From positions 124,001-188,000 of the forward strand of contig JAYWIR010000003.1 in NCBI GenBank assembly GCA_036172245.1: a stretch of 64,000 nt of DNA, in the 5' to 3' direction. Source of the stretch: Raillietiella orientalis (Eukaryota). The position numbers and the translations under genes were made by a program. Shown in pieces: positions 47,401-57,782 of the stretch. Positions within the stretch are counted from its first letter, which is position 1. Each line of letters begins with the position of its first letter. The notes beneath the pieces were generated by a model. That model did no database searches. It was given only the letters and a program-made list of their open reading frames with translations, and was not told the origin of the DNA.

Positions 47401-47587
47401 CAAAGGGGGGGAAATCAGGCAAGGAGGAGCGGTCTTCCCCGACCCTTTGAAAGGGCGTGCGCCGGGCGCGTGGTCCTTACCTCTGCCCGTCGTCCCTGAG
47501 CGCGAAGTCCCCCAGGATGAGGTCGCGGAGGCGGTACCTCGGGGGCAGCGGGGGCACCTGGAAGTCGAAGCCGCCCTCGTCGTCCAT
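2100..47587 (-). CDS. Slo2: Slo2/KCNT-family (Slack/Slick-like) potassium channel gene, 22 coding exons, ~1205 aa
   Basis: Exon translations carry family hallmarks: [40 protein letters not shown] pore, [73 protein letters not shown]. All 21 junctions are phase-consistent. 20 have GT-AG boundaries; the exon 13 donor is ambiguous. Confidence 0.97.
2534..2739 (-). CDS. Slo2: Slo2 exon 21 ([12 protein letters not shown]-like [24 protein letters not shown])
   Basis: ttgctag| acceptor, AT|gtgagc donor. Confidence 0.94.
3923..4072 (-). CDS. Slo2: Slo2 exon 20 ([28 protein letters not shown]..); alternative donor at 3947
   Basis: ttttag|ATG acceptor; two in-frame donors, GAA|gtgagc (3947) and TCA|gtgagt (3923). 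Confidence 0.92.
5779..5964 (-). CDS. Slo2: Slo2 exon 19 ([28 protein letters not shown])
   Basis: cctcag| acceptor, TCG|gtgagt donor. Confidence 0.96.
6748..6859 (-). CDS. Slo2: Slo2 exon 18 ([27 protein letters not shown])
   Basis: ttccag|G acceptor, AAG|gtcggt donor. Confidence 0.95.
7966..8100 (-). CDS. Slo2: Slo2 exon 17 ([36 protein letters not shown])
   Basis: cttcag|C acceptor, AG|gtgatg donor. Confidence 0.95.
8178..8422 (-). CDS. Slo2: Slo2 exon 16 ([37 protein letters not shown])
   Basis: ccccag| acceptor, AA|gtaatg donor; RCK2. Confidence 0.96.
8491..8596 (-). CDS. Slo2: Slo2 exon 15 ([35 protein letters not shown])
   Basis: ttttccgggtag|C acceptor, CAG|gtgagg donor. Confidence 0.93.
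9084..9352 (-). CDS. Slo2: Slo2 exon 14 (RCK1-RCK2 linker, [24 protein letters not shown])
   Basis: ccctcag| acceptor, GC|gtgagt donor; RRPSI motif of the KCNT linker. Confidence 0.88.
9509..9695 (-). CDS. Slo2: Slo2 exon 13 ([30 protein letters not shown]..); 3' boundary uncertain
   Basis: acgcag|G acceptor. The donor is either CCG|gcacgt (exon end 9509) or GGG|gttcac (exon end 9494). Confidence 0.88.
10061..10210 (-). CDS. Slo2: Slo2 exon 12 ([36 protein letters not shown])
   Basis: tcgcag|G acceptor, AA|gtaagt donor. The correct frame has no in-frame start, so it is absent from the ORF track. Confidence 0.95.
10278..10495 (-). CDS. Slo2: Slo2 exon 11 ([24 protein letters not shown])
   Basis: ttgcag| acceptor, CA|gtaagg donor. 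Confidence 0.96.
12060..12735. repeat. Degenerate ~10-bp periodic repeat (GGAATTTCYC / GATTTCCGG-like)
   Basis: Recurrent units such as ggaatttctc, gaagtttccc, gaattcctcc, gaattactcc, ggatttccgg, ggattttcca. Confidence 0.6.
13979..14179 (-). CDS. Slo2: Slo2 exon 10 ([27 protein letters not shown])
   Basis: ttgcag| acceptor, GCG|gtaagt donor; 67 codons. Confidence 0.96.
16210..16315 (+). repeat. Polypyrimidine (CTT/CCT) tract
   Basis: Almost exclusively C/T on the + strand. Confidence 0.8.
16430..16540 (+). mobile_element. tRNA-derived SINE-like fragment (same family as 18600-18760)
   Basis: CCCGCGTTGGCGGC..ACCT..GGTTCAAATCCCACCCGGAGAA..AATGGGGTG..CGTCATGG aligns by eye with the minus-strand copy. 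Confidence 0.5.
18600..18760 (-). mobile_element. tRNA-derived SINE-like fragment
   Basis: A-box-like GGGTCCAGTGG and B-box GGGTTCGAATCCC on the minus strand, then ..AATGGGGTG..CGTCAAGG; similar to 16430-16540 (+). Confidence 0.55.
18800..19320 (-). pseudogene. Possible decayed PIF/Harbinger-type DDE transposase relic
   Basis: Ordered, frameshifted fragments: [11 protein letters not shown] (~GAIDGTHIPI), HNVSGIDC (~S.NVQ.ICD), SPGANSRDS (~WPGS.HD), [12 protein letters not shown] (~II.AC..LHNF). Confidence 0.3.
19824..19988 (-). CDS. Slo2: Slo2 exon 9 ([37 protein letters not shown]1 start)
   Basis: Follows a 48-nt in-frame intron; CAG|gtacgt donor. Confidence 0.96.
20037..20220 (-). CDS. 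Slo2: Slo2 exon 8 (pore helix, TVGYGD selectivity filter, S6)
   Basis: [42 protein letters not shown]|gtagct donor. Confidence 0.97.
20740..20834 (-). CDS. Slo2: Slo2 exon 7 ([32 protein letters not shown]5)
   Basis: Follows a 58-nt intron; ctcag| acceptor, AG|gtaatg donor. Confidence 0.95.
20893..20976 (-). CDS. Slo2: Slo2 exon 6 (S4: [28 protein letters not shown])
   Basis: ttccag| acceptor, |gtaagt donor; [10 protein letters not shown] motif. Confidence 0.96.
22566..23550. repeat. ~985-bp dispersed repeat, copy 1 (intron 5 of Slo2)
   Basis: Same-orientation match to 57783-58767 at constant offset 35217; about 5 substitutions seen by eye. Confidence 0.95.
24558..24632 (-). CDS. Slo2: Slo2 exon 5 (S3: [25 protein letters not shown])
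   Basis: ttccag| acceptor, ACG|gtgagt donor; 75 nt. Confidence 0.95.
25467..25665 (-). CDS. Slo2: Slo2 exon 4 (S1-S2 loop and S2: [25 protein letters not shown])
   Basis: ttctag|C acceptor, AAG|gtaaga donor. Confidence 0.95.
29320..29565 (+). repeat. Polypurine (GAG/GAA) low-complexity tract
   Basis: Almost exclusively A/G on the + strand. Confidence 0.85.
31420..31670 (+). repeat. Polypurine (GAG/GAA) low-complexity tract
   Basis: Almost exclusively A/G on the + strand. Confidence 0.85.
33386..33485 (-). CDS. Slo2: Slo2 exon 3 (S1: [25 protein letters not shown]..)
   Basis: ctccag|GT acceptor, TG|gtaagt donor; S1 helix. Confidence 0.96.
34445..34524 (-). CDS. Slo2: Slo2 exon 2 ([26 protein letters not shown])
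   Basis: ttttctag|G acceptor, A|gtaagt donor; conserved KCNT motif. Confidence 0.96.
37145..37322 (+). repeat. Polypurine low-complexity tract
   Basis: Almost exclusively A/G on the + strand. Confidence 0.85.
42845..42995 (+). repeat. Polypurine low-complexity tract
   Basis: Almost exclusively A/G on the + strand. Confidence 0.8.
47481..47587 (-). CDS. Slo2: Slo2 coding exon 1 ([36 protein letters not shown]), Slick/Slack-A type N-terminus
   Basis: ATG at 47587. Resembles the KCNT2 N-terminus ([17 protein letters not shown]). Donor AG|gtaagg, phase 2. A possible acceptor (..cacccgcgcacag|) at 47607 suggests an upstream exon. Confidence 0.9.
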
Positions 47588-50500
47588 CGGCCGGGCGGCG
47601 TCCGTTCCTGTGCGCGGGTGTGGGAGAACTACCCGCCCGCCTTGACCCGAGATCAGGTACTGCCGGTACAGGCGGAGAGTACCCGCCCGGCGGCTCCTGC
47701 CCCCTCCCACGGTCCCGAAGGCGGGTGGGCCCGGTCCGCAGGCTCGCTTCCGGGATTTCGCGCCCGTCGTCGATCCGGAGAAAAGGACCAGGGATTCCCC
47801 TGGGGGACTCCACTCGCACTCCCCTGCTCTCTCGGGAGCAGCCGCCAGCCGCCTCCCCCACCCCCTTCCGTCGCTGCTTCCGGTGACCTCGAAGGAGGGG
47901 CGATGCGACCGGGCGGGGGGGCCGCGCGGACCACTCGGGATCGTCCGAGCGGAAGCGAGCCGGGAGGGAAAAGAGGGGGGAAGCAGGTCGGCCGCGAAGG
48001 GGGCTCCAGGAGCAACCACCTCGGGAAGACTCGGAGACAGCTCGGGACCGCAGCCGCCGGGGCTGCGCGCGACGACCATTGTGGCGAGGGAGTGTGACCG
48101 AATCGGGGGAACAGCCAAGCCGCGAAGCGGATCTCATCAGCAATCACCACAGGGAGTGCGCACCATTTCAGCCGGGTCAACCGTTGCCGGAGGACATCTG
48201 GACGATGGTCCTCCGTCTCCGACTGCTGCCGCCGCCTCCCGAAGCAACAGGGATGGGATGGGCAAGCAACATCCTCGCAGGGATGGGATGGGTAAGAGGC
48301 AGGTGGTCTCCAACTCCCACAGACCTTCGGCGTTCCCAGCACTGCGGCGGCGCTTCCCCATGCGGCCTCCGCCAAGGGCCTGCTCAGCCCCGTCTGCCAA
48401 AGGGCGAACCGACCGGAGCCGCCGCCACTGCCTCTTCCTTCCCGTGAGCCAAAGGTCACCGCTTCGGGGTTTGAGGGAGGCTTTCTGGACCCGGAAACGG
48501 AACGGGAAGAGGAAAGGGACAGTCCATCAGGAGTACTCTGCGGGGACGGGCACGGGGAAGGAAGGAAAGGGACGACTTCCTCCACCTCTACCGCGAAAAT
48601 TTTCTAGCCCGGAGGGAATTTCCTTTCCCTGTAGCACGCCGAGGTGTCCAGCTGAGCGAAGGATGATTCGCTCCCGAGCAGGGGTTGAGGGATCTCCACT
48701 CGAATGATCCTTCCCTTGGTGCCACCGCTGTCTCCCGGAGTCTCCGGATCCGAAAGAAGCCACGTTGGGAACCCTGGACGAGGGCAAGTCCCGGCGAGCA
48801 AGGCACCGGCCCGGGGCTCTTTCCGGAGCGCTTCCTGCTGCTCTCTCTGAAGGGCAGTCCGGAGGATGCGCCCCGGCGGCTTGGCGCAGGCGGGCAGCCC
48901 GGCGCCCGCCGGACAACTCTGCACGCTGCGGTGCAGGGCGTTCCGGTCGTCCGGAACGCCCTGCGCCGCCGTATTCCGTCGTCCAGGAGTCGTTATGCGG
49001 CCCGGCACGCGCGCTGCCGGGAGAGCGGGGTGGGATGAGGACCAGAATCGGAGCGGAGAAGCGACATCGGGTGCGCCAAACGCCCCTAGCGAGGTACTGC
49101 CACTAGTGAACCGCCCTGGAAAGGGCTTGGAAAGGGTACGTCTCATTCAGCATGCCACTTCCGCGACGTCACGTTGGCGAGAGGAACTGCAGCGACCGCC
49201 CCCGTGCATGCTCGCGGGGCGGCAGACGCCTGTCGCTCAGGCTGCGCGTTTCCCGGTACGATCGCTGCGGGGAGGGAGGTGGACGAGGATGAGGGGAACA
49301 GCCGCCGCCGCCACCGCGAGGCGGCGGATCGCGGAATCACGTCAACTATCACCGCGAGGAGTGAGCATTCCTGGTTGTCCTGGCAGCCGTTGCCACGGAC
49401 GCTGCCTACTCGCGCGAGTCGAGCCACGGCTGTTGTCAAGGAAGGCAGGTGTGCAGGGGTCGAATCCGAACCGGCGTTGCCCTTGACGACGACCGAGTGC
49501 AAGGAGCTTCGGAGAGCGCGTCTTTCCCTTCTCCTAGACCAGGAGCAGAACCGGGAAGAGAGAGGATTCGCTTGCAGGGCACAGGGCGGAGCTGGATCCT
49601 GGCTAGTGGCAGTTCGACAGTGGGTAATAACGGCCGAGAAGAACGGGAGCATCCGTTGGCCTGTCGCAACGCTCCGAGAGCCTTCGATGATGACCCTGAT
49701 CGCCTCTGGAAGGGTCAAATTTCCCCTAAGCACGTTGAACCACCCGGGAGAGCTCCGGTTCTCCCTGCCCTCCTCCTCCTCTTTCTCCGTCTTCTGGGAG
49801 ATCTGCTTCAGAAGAAAAAGTCGGAGACCATGCCACCGCCCTGGCACCAGGAGGAGGCGTTGTTCGGTAGCCAGGGTGCATCTGTGGAAGGATGGACACG
49901 GTTCGCAGACGGCTGAGCAGGCGCTGGAGCTCGAAGAGGCACGCAGTAGCTCTCCTACCCACTGCGCGTCGCAGCACCTCGTTCGTTCTTTCTCCGGGGA
50001 GCAGTCTCGAACCAGTCCAGGACGGCATCCTCCTCGAGAAAGGGGGGCAGCGCCCTCCGGGATCCGAAGGAATGAGGAAAAGGGAAGCCACAAGAGGCTT
50101 TCCCGGAATACCTGGTCGGAAGTAGCTCTCGAGGCAGCAAGGGTCTCCGAAACCTTCCGCTCCCGAACGCCTGCTCTCCGGACCTTCCGTCTGTCCTTCC
50201 GCCTACGGCGCTGAGCTACTAAGAGACTTGGAAACCCCATGGTTCGACCGAGGATGAGGCCCAGAAGTGCCCCACGTTAGACGTAGCGTCCGTCAGAATC
50301 TCGGAAGGTCTGATCTTTGCGGGGAACGGATCCCTTCTACTCCGCGTACTGCAGCCTCCTTTGGAGGACCCTAATGGTTCCCAGCCACTCGTGCCGATCT
50401 ATGAGCAGTCAGTGATTGCCCCGCAAGAAAGCGTTCCACCTTTTCTCCCCCTGTATCCGGATGACCCCACCCATCGGCAGCCGATGAGGTTGCTGTAGCG

Positions 50501-53500
50501 TATCGATGCAGCAGCAGCGGCTCCAGCAGAGGAGCGCAGGAGCAGCTGACGCTGACGCTGCAGGCTTATTGCTGTGTCCGCGTCGGCGTTGCCACTGCGA
50601 CCCCTCCAGTGCTGCTTGTGCCACAGAGCATGGCCGTCACTGTTGCTCCTGCACTATCACGTCTATGGTATCCCTTGTTGCTTCAACAGTGCTGTTGCAT
50701 TATCATCACTGCTAGAGCATTGTTTCTCCATCAATACGCTTATTACATTAATCCTATTACAGTATGAATTGAAAGGGATTATTCGGACTCCTTGAATCGC
50801 TGCCTTGAGGTGAATTTGCCATTCTCGAGGCGTGGAGAACCCAAAATCAGGGCACCCACTTCGCGTTCTCATCCACACGGAAGAAGGCCGGCAACACCTC
50901 CGATGGAGAAACGAGGAGAACGTTCGTGCATCCTCGAGAGACGACCGGCGTTTACGCCGCGGAGACACCTGGCTTCGGCCGCGAGCCGGCGGGTTCGGAA
51001 GCTTCCTTCGATTTTTCGATTCCCATCATCTGTCGACGCAGAGTCGACTCTCAGAAGACTCGGATGAAATAAAAAGGGGGGAGGAAAACTCTTCTGAAGC
51101 ACGGGAAATTGGTTTCCCAGGTTCCCCTGAGTTTCTCTACGGCACTTGCGTAAAGCAAGGAACGAGGTTTCACCTCTATATCTTTTCGCATTCTTGAAAT
51201 GCGCTGAAGCTTCCGTGACAAAAGGCAATCCTTGAGGAGGGGAAGGACAACGCGATGGAGCACCCACGGGCCGATCTCACGTGCCGAGCACTTGGTGTCC
51301 TCGGAATCAGGTTCTCCCGACTGGAGAAGAACAGGGGAAAATGCTCCTGACGGAGGAGATACGGGCTTGCTTCCCGAAGGCTGCTCCTTGAGACCAGGCG
51401 ACTCGATGACCGAGAAGGGGGCGGTAGGGGCGCAGAGGCACCACGAGAGCGAAAGACGCGACGAAGTCGCGCGAAAGTACGAAGTTGCGTCCGTGATTTC
51501 CGGAAATCGACACCTGGTCAGGCGACCGATGAGCGAACGGTGGCGAAGGCCGGCGTACGAATACGCAAGCACGTCCATTTCCTCATTCCCTCCGTCGTCC
51601 TTTCCTTCCGTTTTAACGGCCACGGGATTCAGCAAGTCATCATGCCATTTTTTTCACGAGAAAGGAGTGGCGCGCGCGCTCGTCCCTGTCGCTGCCGGTG
51701 CTGCGCCCACGCTACAACCGAACAGTTGCAGGGTTGCCACCTCAAACAACAACAACAACAAAAAAAAGAAACATGCGGCCGTGATTGTAAGCAGCGGCAG
51801 AGATCAACAACGTACGGGCTTCCGTCATCTCATGCAATTAAAGGGAATTTCGGCTAATTAATTAGTTGATCTGGCACCTCCGCCGATGAAACGGTTTCCC
51901 AGATGGTCGCGTCCTGCGAGATTTGCAGAACGAGGCAAATTCAAATTCCTTCCGGAATGGTGCTACACTTTGGTCTTAGCCAAAAGACCGAGAAGCGATG
52001 GTGCTTGTCGCATTCCTGGGCGCGTTCTGCTTCGCGTCCCTCCCCCCCTTTCCCCCAGGGATGCGCCGGCTGGAAAAGACGACGCTCCGCGTTGGAGGGT
52101 CTCGCACGCGGAGATCTCCCGCCGGCGGAGGATAGACCCAGCCTTCGCCCCGGGAAATGAGGCAGCCGCGGGCGTCCTTCACGGCGCCGCGCGAGGGCGA
52201 CGGTGAACGGGAAGCACATAAGGTATGCTCGATAAAGTGAAACGGGAAACCCGCAAATCCCTGCTGCTTTCCGCGTCCAGGGGGAAAACTTTTACGGGCG
52301 TCCCGTTGTCGCCGGTTGGGAAGGGACGGGAGAGCGAATTATTTACCAGCCGGTTCCATCAAACCCGAGTGGCTCGCCCGTCTGCAGGGTTGCCATCACG
52401 AAAGCAAGGGGAGTTTCCTCCTCCCTGAGCCTCCTGGAAGGCGGCGCGGCTGCTTGGAGGAATTTTCGATAGCTACGGCTCTAACTCGGCTACCTCGTGT
52501 TCGCAGCCAGAATCGCACCGGGAACCCTCCATTGACCTTTGCGGACCCCTCTACCTCCCCTTCCTGGAACCTTGCGCGGAACGAGGAAAGGGGAAGGGGA
52601 GAGGGTTGCGAGAGTCCGTTGGTTGTTGGTGGTTGGGAAACCCTCCGTCAGGAACGGAGAGGCACTGGGGAGGAGTTCCCAACCGCCTATCTCTTAACCC
52701 CGTCCCCCTCCGGATTCGATTCCCCGTAAGTCACCTCTCTCCCTTCCCGCCCCGCTTCCCAAAGGGATTCTCGAGGGCGCCCGTGCGGGGCAGGGAGGCC
52801 GGTGGAAGCGTCGCGCGTGGGCCCGCGGGGTTTTCGGAGGGGGTGGCTTCGAGGCGGGAGGCAGGGTCCACCACGCAAGGAGGCTGGGGAGTGGAGGAGG
52901 GATGGGAGTCCTCGTCTGGCGCCTGGAGTTGTTGGACGCCAAGTGGAGCATCCGCCGGCTCCCCCTCACCGTCCTCTCCCTTCCTCCTCTGCTGCCTCTG
53001 ACCAGCCACCAGGAGCGACCTCCTCCGCCTCACCAGCTCTGCACCCTGCATCCAGAAAGAGGGAAGTCCGTTTGCCTTTCACGCTTCGTCCGTAAGGGGA
53101 AGGGGAGAGGTAATGGGGAAAGCGACCCAGGAACAGCGGAAGCAGCGTGAGCGGGTCCTCGAAGCGTCCCGGAGGACGGCACGCCGGAGAGGCTGAGGCC
53201 CTCAGCCGCCTCCGCGGGCTGGGGTTGATACGCCGGAGGGGTTGGCGGCGCGCGTCGTGGAATCTGTGCCGCCGCCACAGATGGCGGAGGGACGCTGCCG
53301 CAACACCGCCCTCGAACGCCACACCTTCTCTTCGATGCCGCTTTCCCGCGAGCAAGTCGATGTGCTGCGCTTTTCCGACTCGAGTGCTACCTAGCCGAGC
53401 CTGTGCGAACTACCACGCGCGCGCAACGAGGTCCACGTGACGCGGGCCAGCAGGGGATGCAGAGATCGGCCGACCACCACCCCGACAGAGGCTCGGCGAT

Positions 53501-56500
53501 GCCTCCAGAGTGGCGCGCACGCCAGATGCCACCTTCTCCACCCCCTCTCTCTCTCTCTCTCTCCCGACCCCTCCACTCCACCCCACCCCCCTCTCCCCAT
53601 TCCAACCCGCAAAACCACGGAGGCCGGCGCTTGCTTGCCCCGCTGCTGGGTGCCGGGCTCCCCGACTTCCTCAGACTGCGAGCGCCTCCACCCCGCGGTC
53701 GGTCCCGACCGAGTCGCGATCGCCATGGAGATGCGCGCACCCGCGCGCGAGAGAGATGGAGAGGGAGGGAGGGAGAGAGAACGTGGGGCGAGCAGCGACG
53801 TCTCCCTCTCGTCTGCGGGGACCCCATCTCTCTCCCAACTTCCAGGAGAGGGAGAACAGTCGCGAGTCCTCCCGGCGCTCGCGCCGGAACGCCGAGGGGT
53901 GTCATGGAGACGCCGGTCTCCAAATCAGTCCCGGCTTTCCTGCGCTGCTTCGGAGTACCGTTCCGGAGGAACGCCGGAGGCGCGCGCCCGAGCTCGTGTT
54001 CGTCTCCGCGGGCCGGCAGACAGCCCGCCGTCTCTGCGGGGAGTCTGCGTCGCGGAAGGGGCAAAGGTGGGGGGGGAGTACTTGACCGTCCGGTGCTCCC
54101 CCAAGTCGGACGCCTGCTGCTCGTGACCGCTCGAAAGAGGTGTTCTGGGAGAGAGAGTTCTGGAGCAGGGGATGGGGACGGGGAGGAGGAGGGGGCAGTC
54201 GAGTCTCCGCGTGGCTTACGTCACCGCGCGCAATTTTCGTCATCCGTCACCGCAAAATTCTTCCCTCCTTCCCCTCCGTCCGACTCCAGCCTCGCTTCCC
54301 ATTGGGTGCGTGCAAATCCTTTGATAGGGCAGAGGGATAAACAACACCGACTAAATCACAGGGATTTCACTCGAAGTTCTTTGCTCAAGCACCTCCTCCT
54401 CCGAAAGAATGGTTTTCCCCTCTTCCCCCCCCCCCCTCCCCTCCGATTCCCTGCTTTGAAGAGGCGCTGCCGCGAGCTCGTCGAACGAAGGGAAGGCGAA
54501 ACGTAAAACTGCGAAATTCGTTTTGTGATTGGCAACGATGTTAATTACTGTAGGATTTTCTCCATACCATGGCGCCCATCAGCGCTAATCTCTTCAAAGT
54601 TTGGGTTGGCTCACAAGATCAATAGCTCTCCAGATTCCACGTGTCTGCTTCCCCCCTTTACCCCACTGTCCCAGCGCAACGAACGAACGGTTGGATAGCA
54701 AAACACGAGGTGTTTATCTGCTGTGAACACGCCGTCTCCCGCCGCCGTGCAGCGGGCCTTCTATTCTCTCGCCCTTCCTCCACACAGGTGCTGCTTCTCG
54801 TTTGGCGCTTTGTGGCTAGATGTCTCCGCGATAGCATTCACCTGTTTGAAAAAGACGGGAAGCAAAAGTACTCGGCTATGCATGTGTGAGTTCGCATGTA
54901 CCCGTATGAAACACTGCCTCTTTCTCTTTTTTTGCGTGAGCTTATTTATACAGTGACGTGCAAAGTATCACCCTATTCCATCATCTTGACCCCAGGTATC
55001 GATTCGATGCGGCATTTTTTTTTAATTAGCTGAGGACGTAATGGATGCTCAAATCTAGGCGAAGGAAATGCACGTTTCTCCAAGGAAACACACTTCGAGT
55101 GACAGGAAAGCATGAAAGTTTGCTTTTCCCAACGTTCTTTCCCTTCCCTTGTGTCAGCAGGTTCCTCGCACAAATAGTCTGACCGGTCTTTTAGACAATC
55201 TGCGAGCAAGAAAGAAAGAAAAAGAAAACACACCACGAGCGATTTGGGTCATCTACCGACAGCTCTTCGAAACACTGGGCGTAGGGCAGCCCTCTCGTGC
55301 AGAGAGGCTGCGTTCCTCCTGCTGGCGCCTGGTAGTGCCGGTGCAAGCCGGTAGCTGGCACTGCGAGTGCCAGCGCTCCCTCTGAACGCGCTTGGTACCC
55401 GTTGCCAACCGACCTGGACTCGCGCACCTCTCGCAATGGCATGGATCCTTGCGTGCGCGGGTGACCTTCGAAGGAGTGCATTGGAGGGGGAGGGGGGAAC
55501 AAAGCGCAGCATCCCTCCGGGCCATGCAGCAGCGGAGTGCTCTCTTCTCCGGGAAGAGACATCGACCGATGCGGTTGCAGCAGCAGCAAAATTTGAGACA
55601 GAGAGAGAAAATCGCGGCCCATGCGCGGTCAGCTGCCCTCGACCCATGATGGTGCGGGTCGCTTCGCCCTTCGAGAGGGGAGGGAGGACCGAGGAGAGGA
55701 CGGCAACCCCGGACGAGGATGAGGACGACGGGGCGAAACGCGGCAGGCTCAGCGCCTCCTGGTTCCGCACGAGCTCAGACAGATTCGCCCGGTCCCGGGA
55801 AGGCTTCCAGCAGAGGAGAGCGACCTCGAAGGAATGAGAGGAGGCCACGAGGGAGCAGGTCGGGAAACTCTCTCCAGGATCGAAACCTTCCCACCCTCTT
55901 CTCTCTCTCTCTCTCTCCATGGATTCGCCCTGCCCCTGAGTGAACGCAAACGCCCTCCGCTCCCTGTCGATAAAGTGATCCGCCTGCCGGCTCTAATTCC
56001 TCGAGAGACGCGGGTCAAGGGAGACTCACGGACGCCCAGGGAGAGGCTGCCCTTTTTCTTTGCTCCTTCTCCTGAGAGAGAGGCGCCGCCCCTCGGGACC
56101 GCATTGGGTTCCAAGTCAGAATGGTCAAATTCACCAGCCTCGAGCGCGGGTCGGTCGAGGTGCGACCGTGCAGGAAGGGGGGGGGGGAGAGTAGGGTGCC
56201 GCCGGAAGGGCCCTCCGGTACCGAAAGGCGGGAGCGCCCTCGCTGCACTTCGGATGGGTCCCGAAGCTTGGCAGGGACTCTCTCGGTAGGGCAGGAACCT
56301 TCTCGAAGGGCAAGGCCGCCGACGCATGGCAGCGCCGACTCAACGCTCCCCCTTCCCCCATTCCCGGAACCGCGCGTGGGGGTCTGGTCCGGGACGCGGA
56401 GGTTGCTGCGTATCCCCGGCCGACGTTCGCCCCTGGAATGGTAGCCCGTTGCCACCATTCCGGAAGACGGGGCTGCACCCCCCCCACTCGGTCGGGATGC

Positions 56501-57782
56501 AGCGGCCGTAGGAGGTCGGGCAGCACGGTGGGGGAAACGGCGGCCTCCTAGGGAAACAGAGAGCAGGTGGTCGCGAAGGGGAACAGGACAACCTCCGCCT
56601 TAGGGCTTGCATGCAAGCCTCGAGGATGCTGCATCTCCGAGACCCCCCGATCGTGACTACCACGCGACGCGCCACTCCCAAACGGAGGGAGTAAGCGGAA
56701 GATGCCGCGAAGGTCGGGAAAGACTCTTCCTCCTCTCTTCTTCCTCCTCTCTTCTTCCTCCTCCCTTTTCTTCCTCCTTTTTCGCACGCCTTGCAGAGCT
56801 CCTGGATCCCAAAAGAGTCCAGGAGCTGTGGTCCAGGGTGGGTCCTCCTACTGCGTGTCAGACCAAGAGACAGAGGAAGGCATTCCATCTGCACTGCTGA
56901 TGCACCACCCGCGGAGGCAGCGCCAGCGAGAGGCGAAGGGGAAGGAGCAGCGCGACGGTCGCGGGCATCACGGAGGCGCTTCGAAAGGGCGCGCGTCTTC
57001 CTCCATCCCGCGTGCGGGAGGAGGCGCGGCCTAGCCACCGCTCACCTGGACACGCAGGGAGGCACGCCACTCGGTCGGTGCGCCTGCGCCGTTCATCGGG
57101 ACTACCTGGACTTCCTGTCCGCCTCTGTCCTCAGGACAGGCACTTTCGAGCGTCCACCTCCGCGGCAGCCTCGTGCCGCGGCGAATTCCGCGCAGCTGCT
57201 TGTCCGGGCTCTGTCCCGCCTCTGTCCGGGGGACGGAGAGGGAACCCCCGCCTGCGAGTCACGGGGCCGCTGAGAAGACCGTTCCATCCCAAGAAGGGAG
57301 ACCGCGGTGGCTCTGAGCTCGCTGCCACACTCGCCCGGTCGCCCCTGGCAGGCGGCTGCTTCGCGAGCGGCCGGTGAGGCGGGCGGCGCGGTGCGGCCGC
57401 AATCACGTGGTCGCCGCCGCCATCGATCGCTATCGATCGGCTTCCGCGGAGCCGGCTCCGCTCTCGAGGGTTCGCGCGCGCCGGAAGCGCGATGGATTTA
57501 CGTGCCGGCTCGCAGCCGTCCGTCCATCCCATGTGAGATGCCGCCGGGACGCAGAGCGGCCCAAGGGACTCCAGCTGCTCCCATGATCGATGCTCTCTCC
57601 CGAGCCGCCGCCTTCCTCCGCGTCTCGCCTTCCTGGACCGCTCTTGCCTCTTCCGCGCTCCGGACGCACGCCATTGGAGGACACCGTCCAGATGGACTCC
57701 CAGCCGCCGCCGCTCTTCGGCTCTGCGAGTCCCCGAGAGCCCGGCAGCGGAGACACCCGACCCCGAGGGGAAGGGACGGGCT

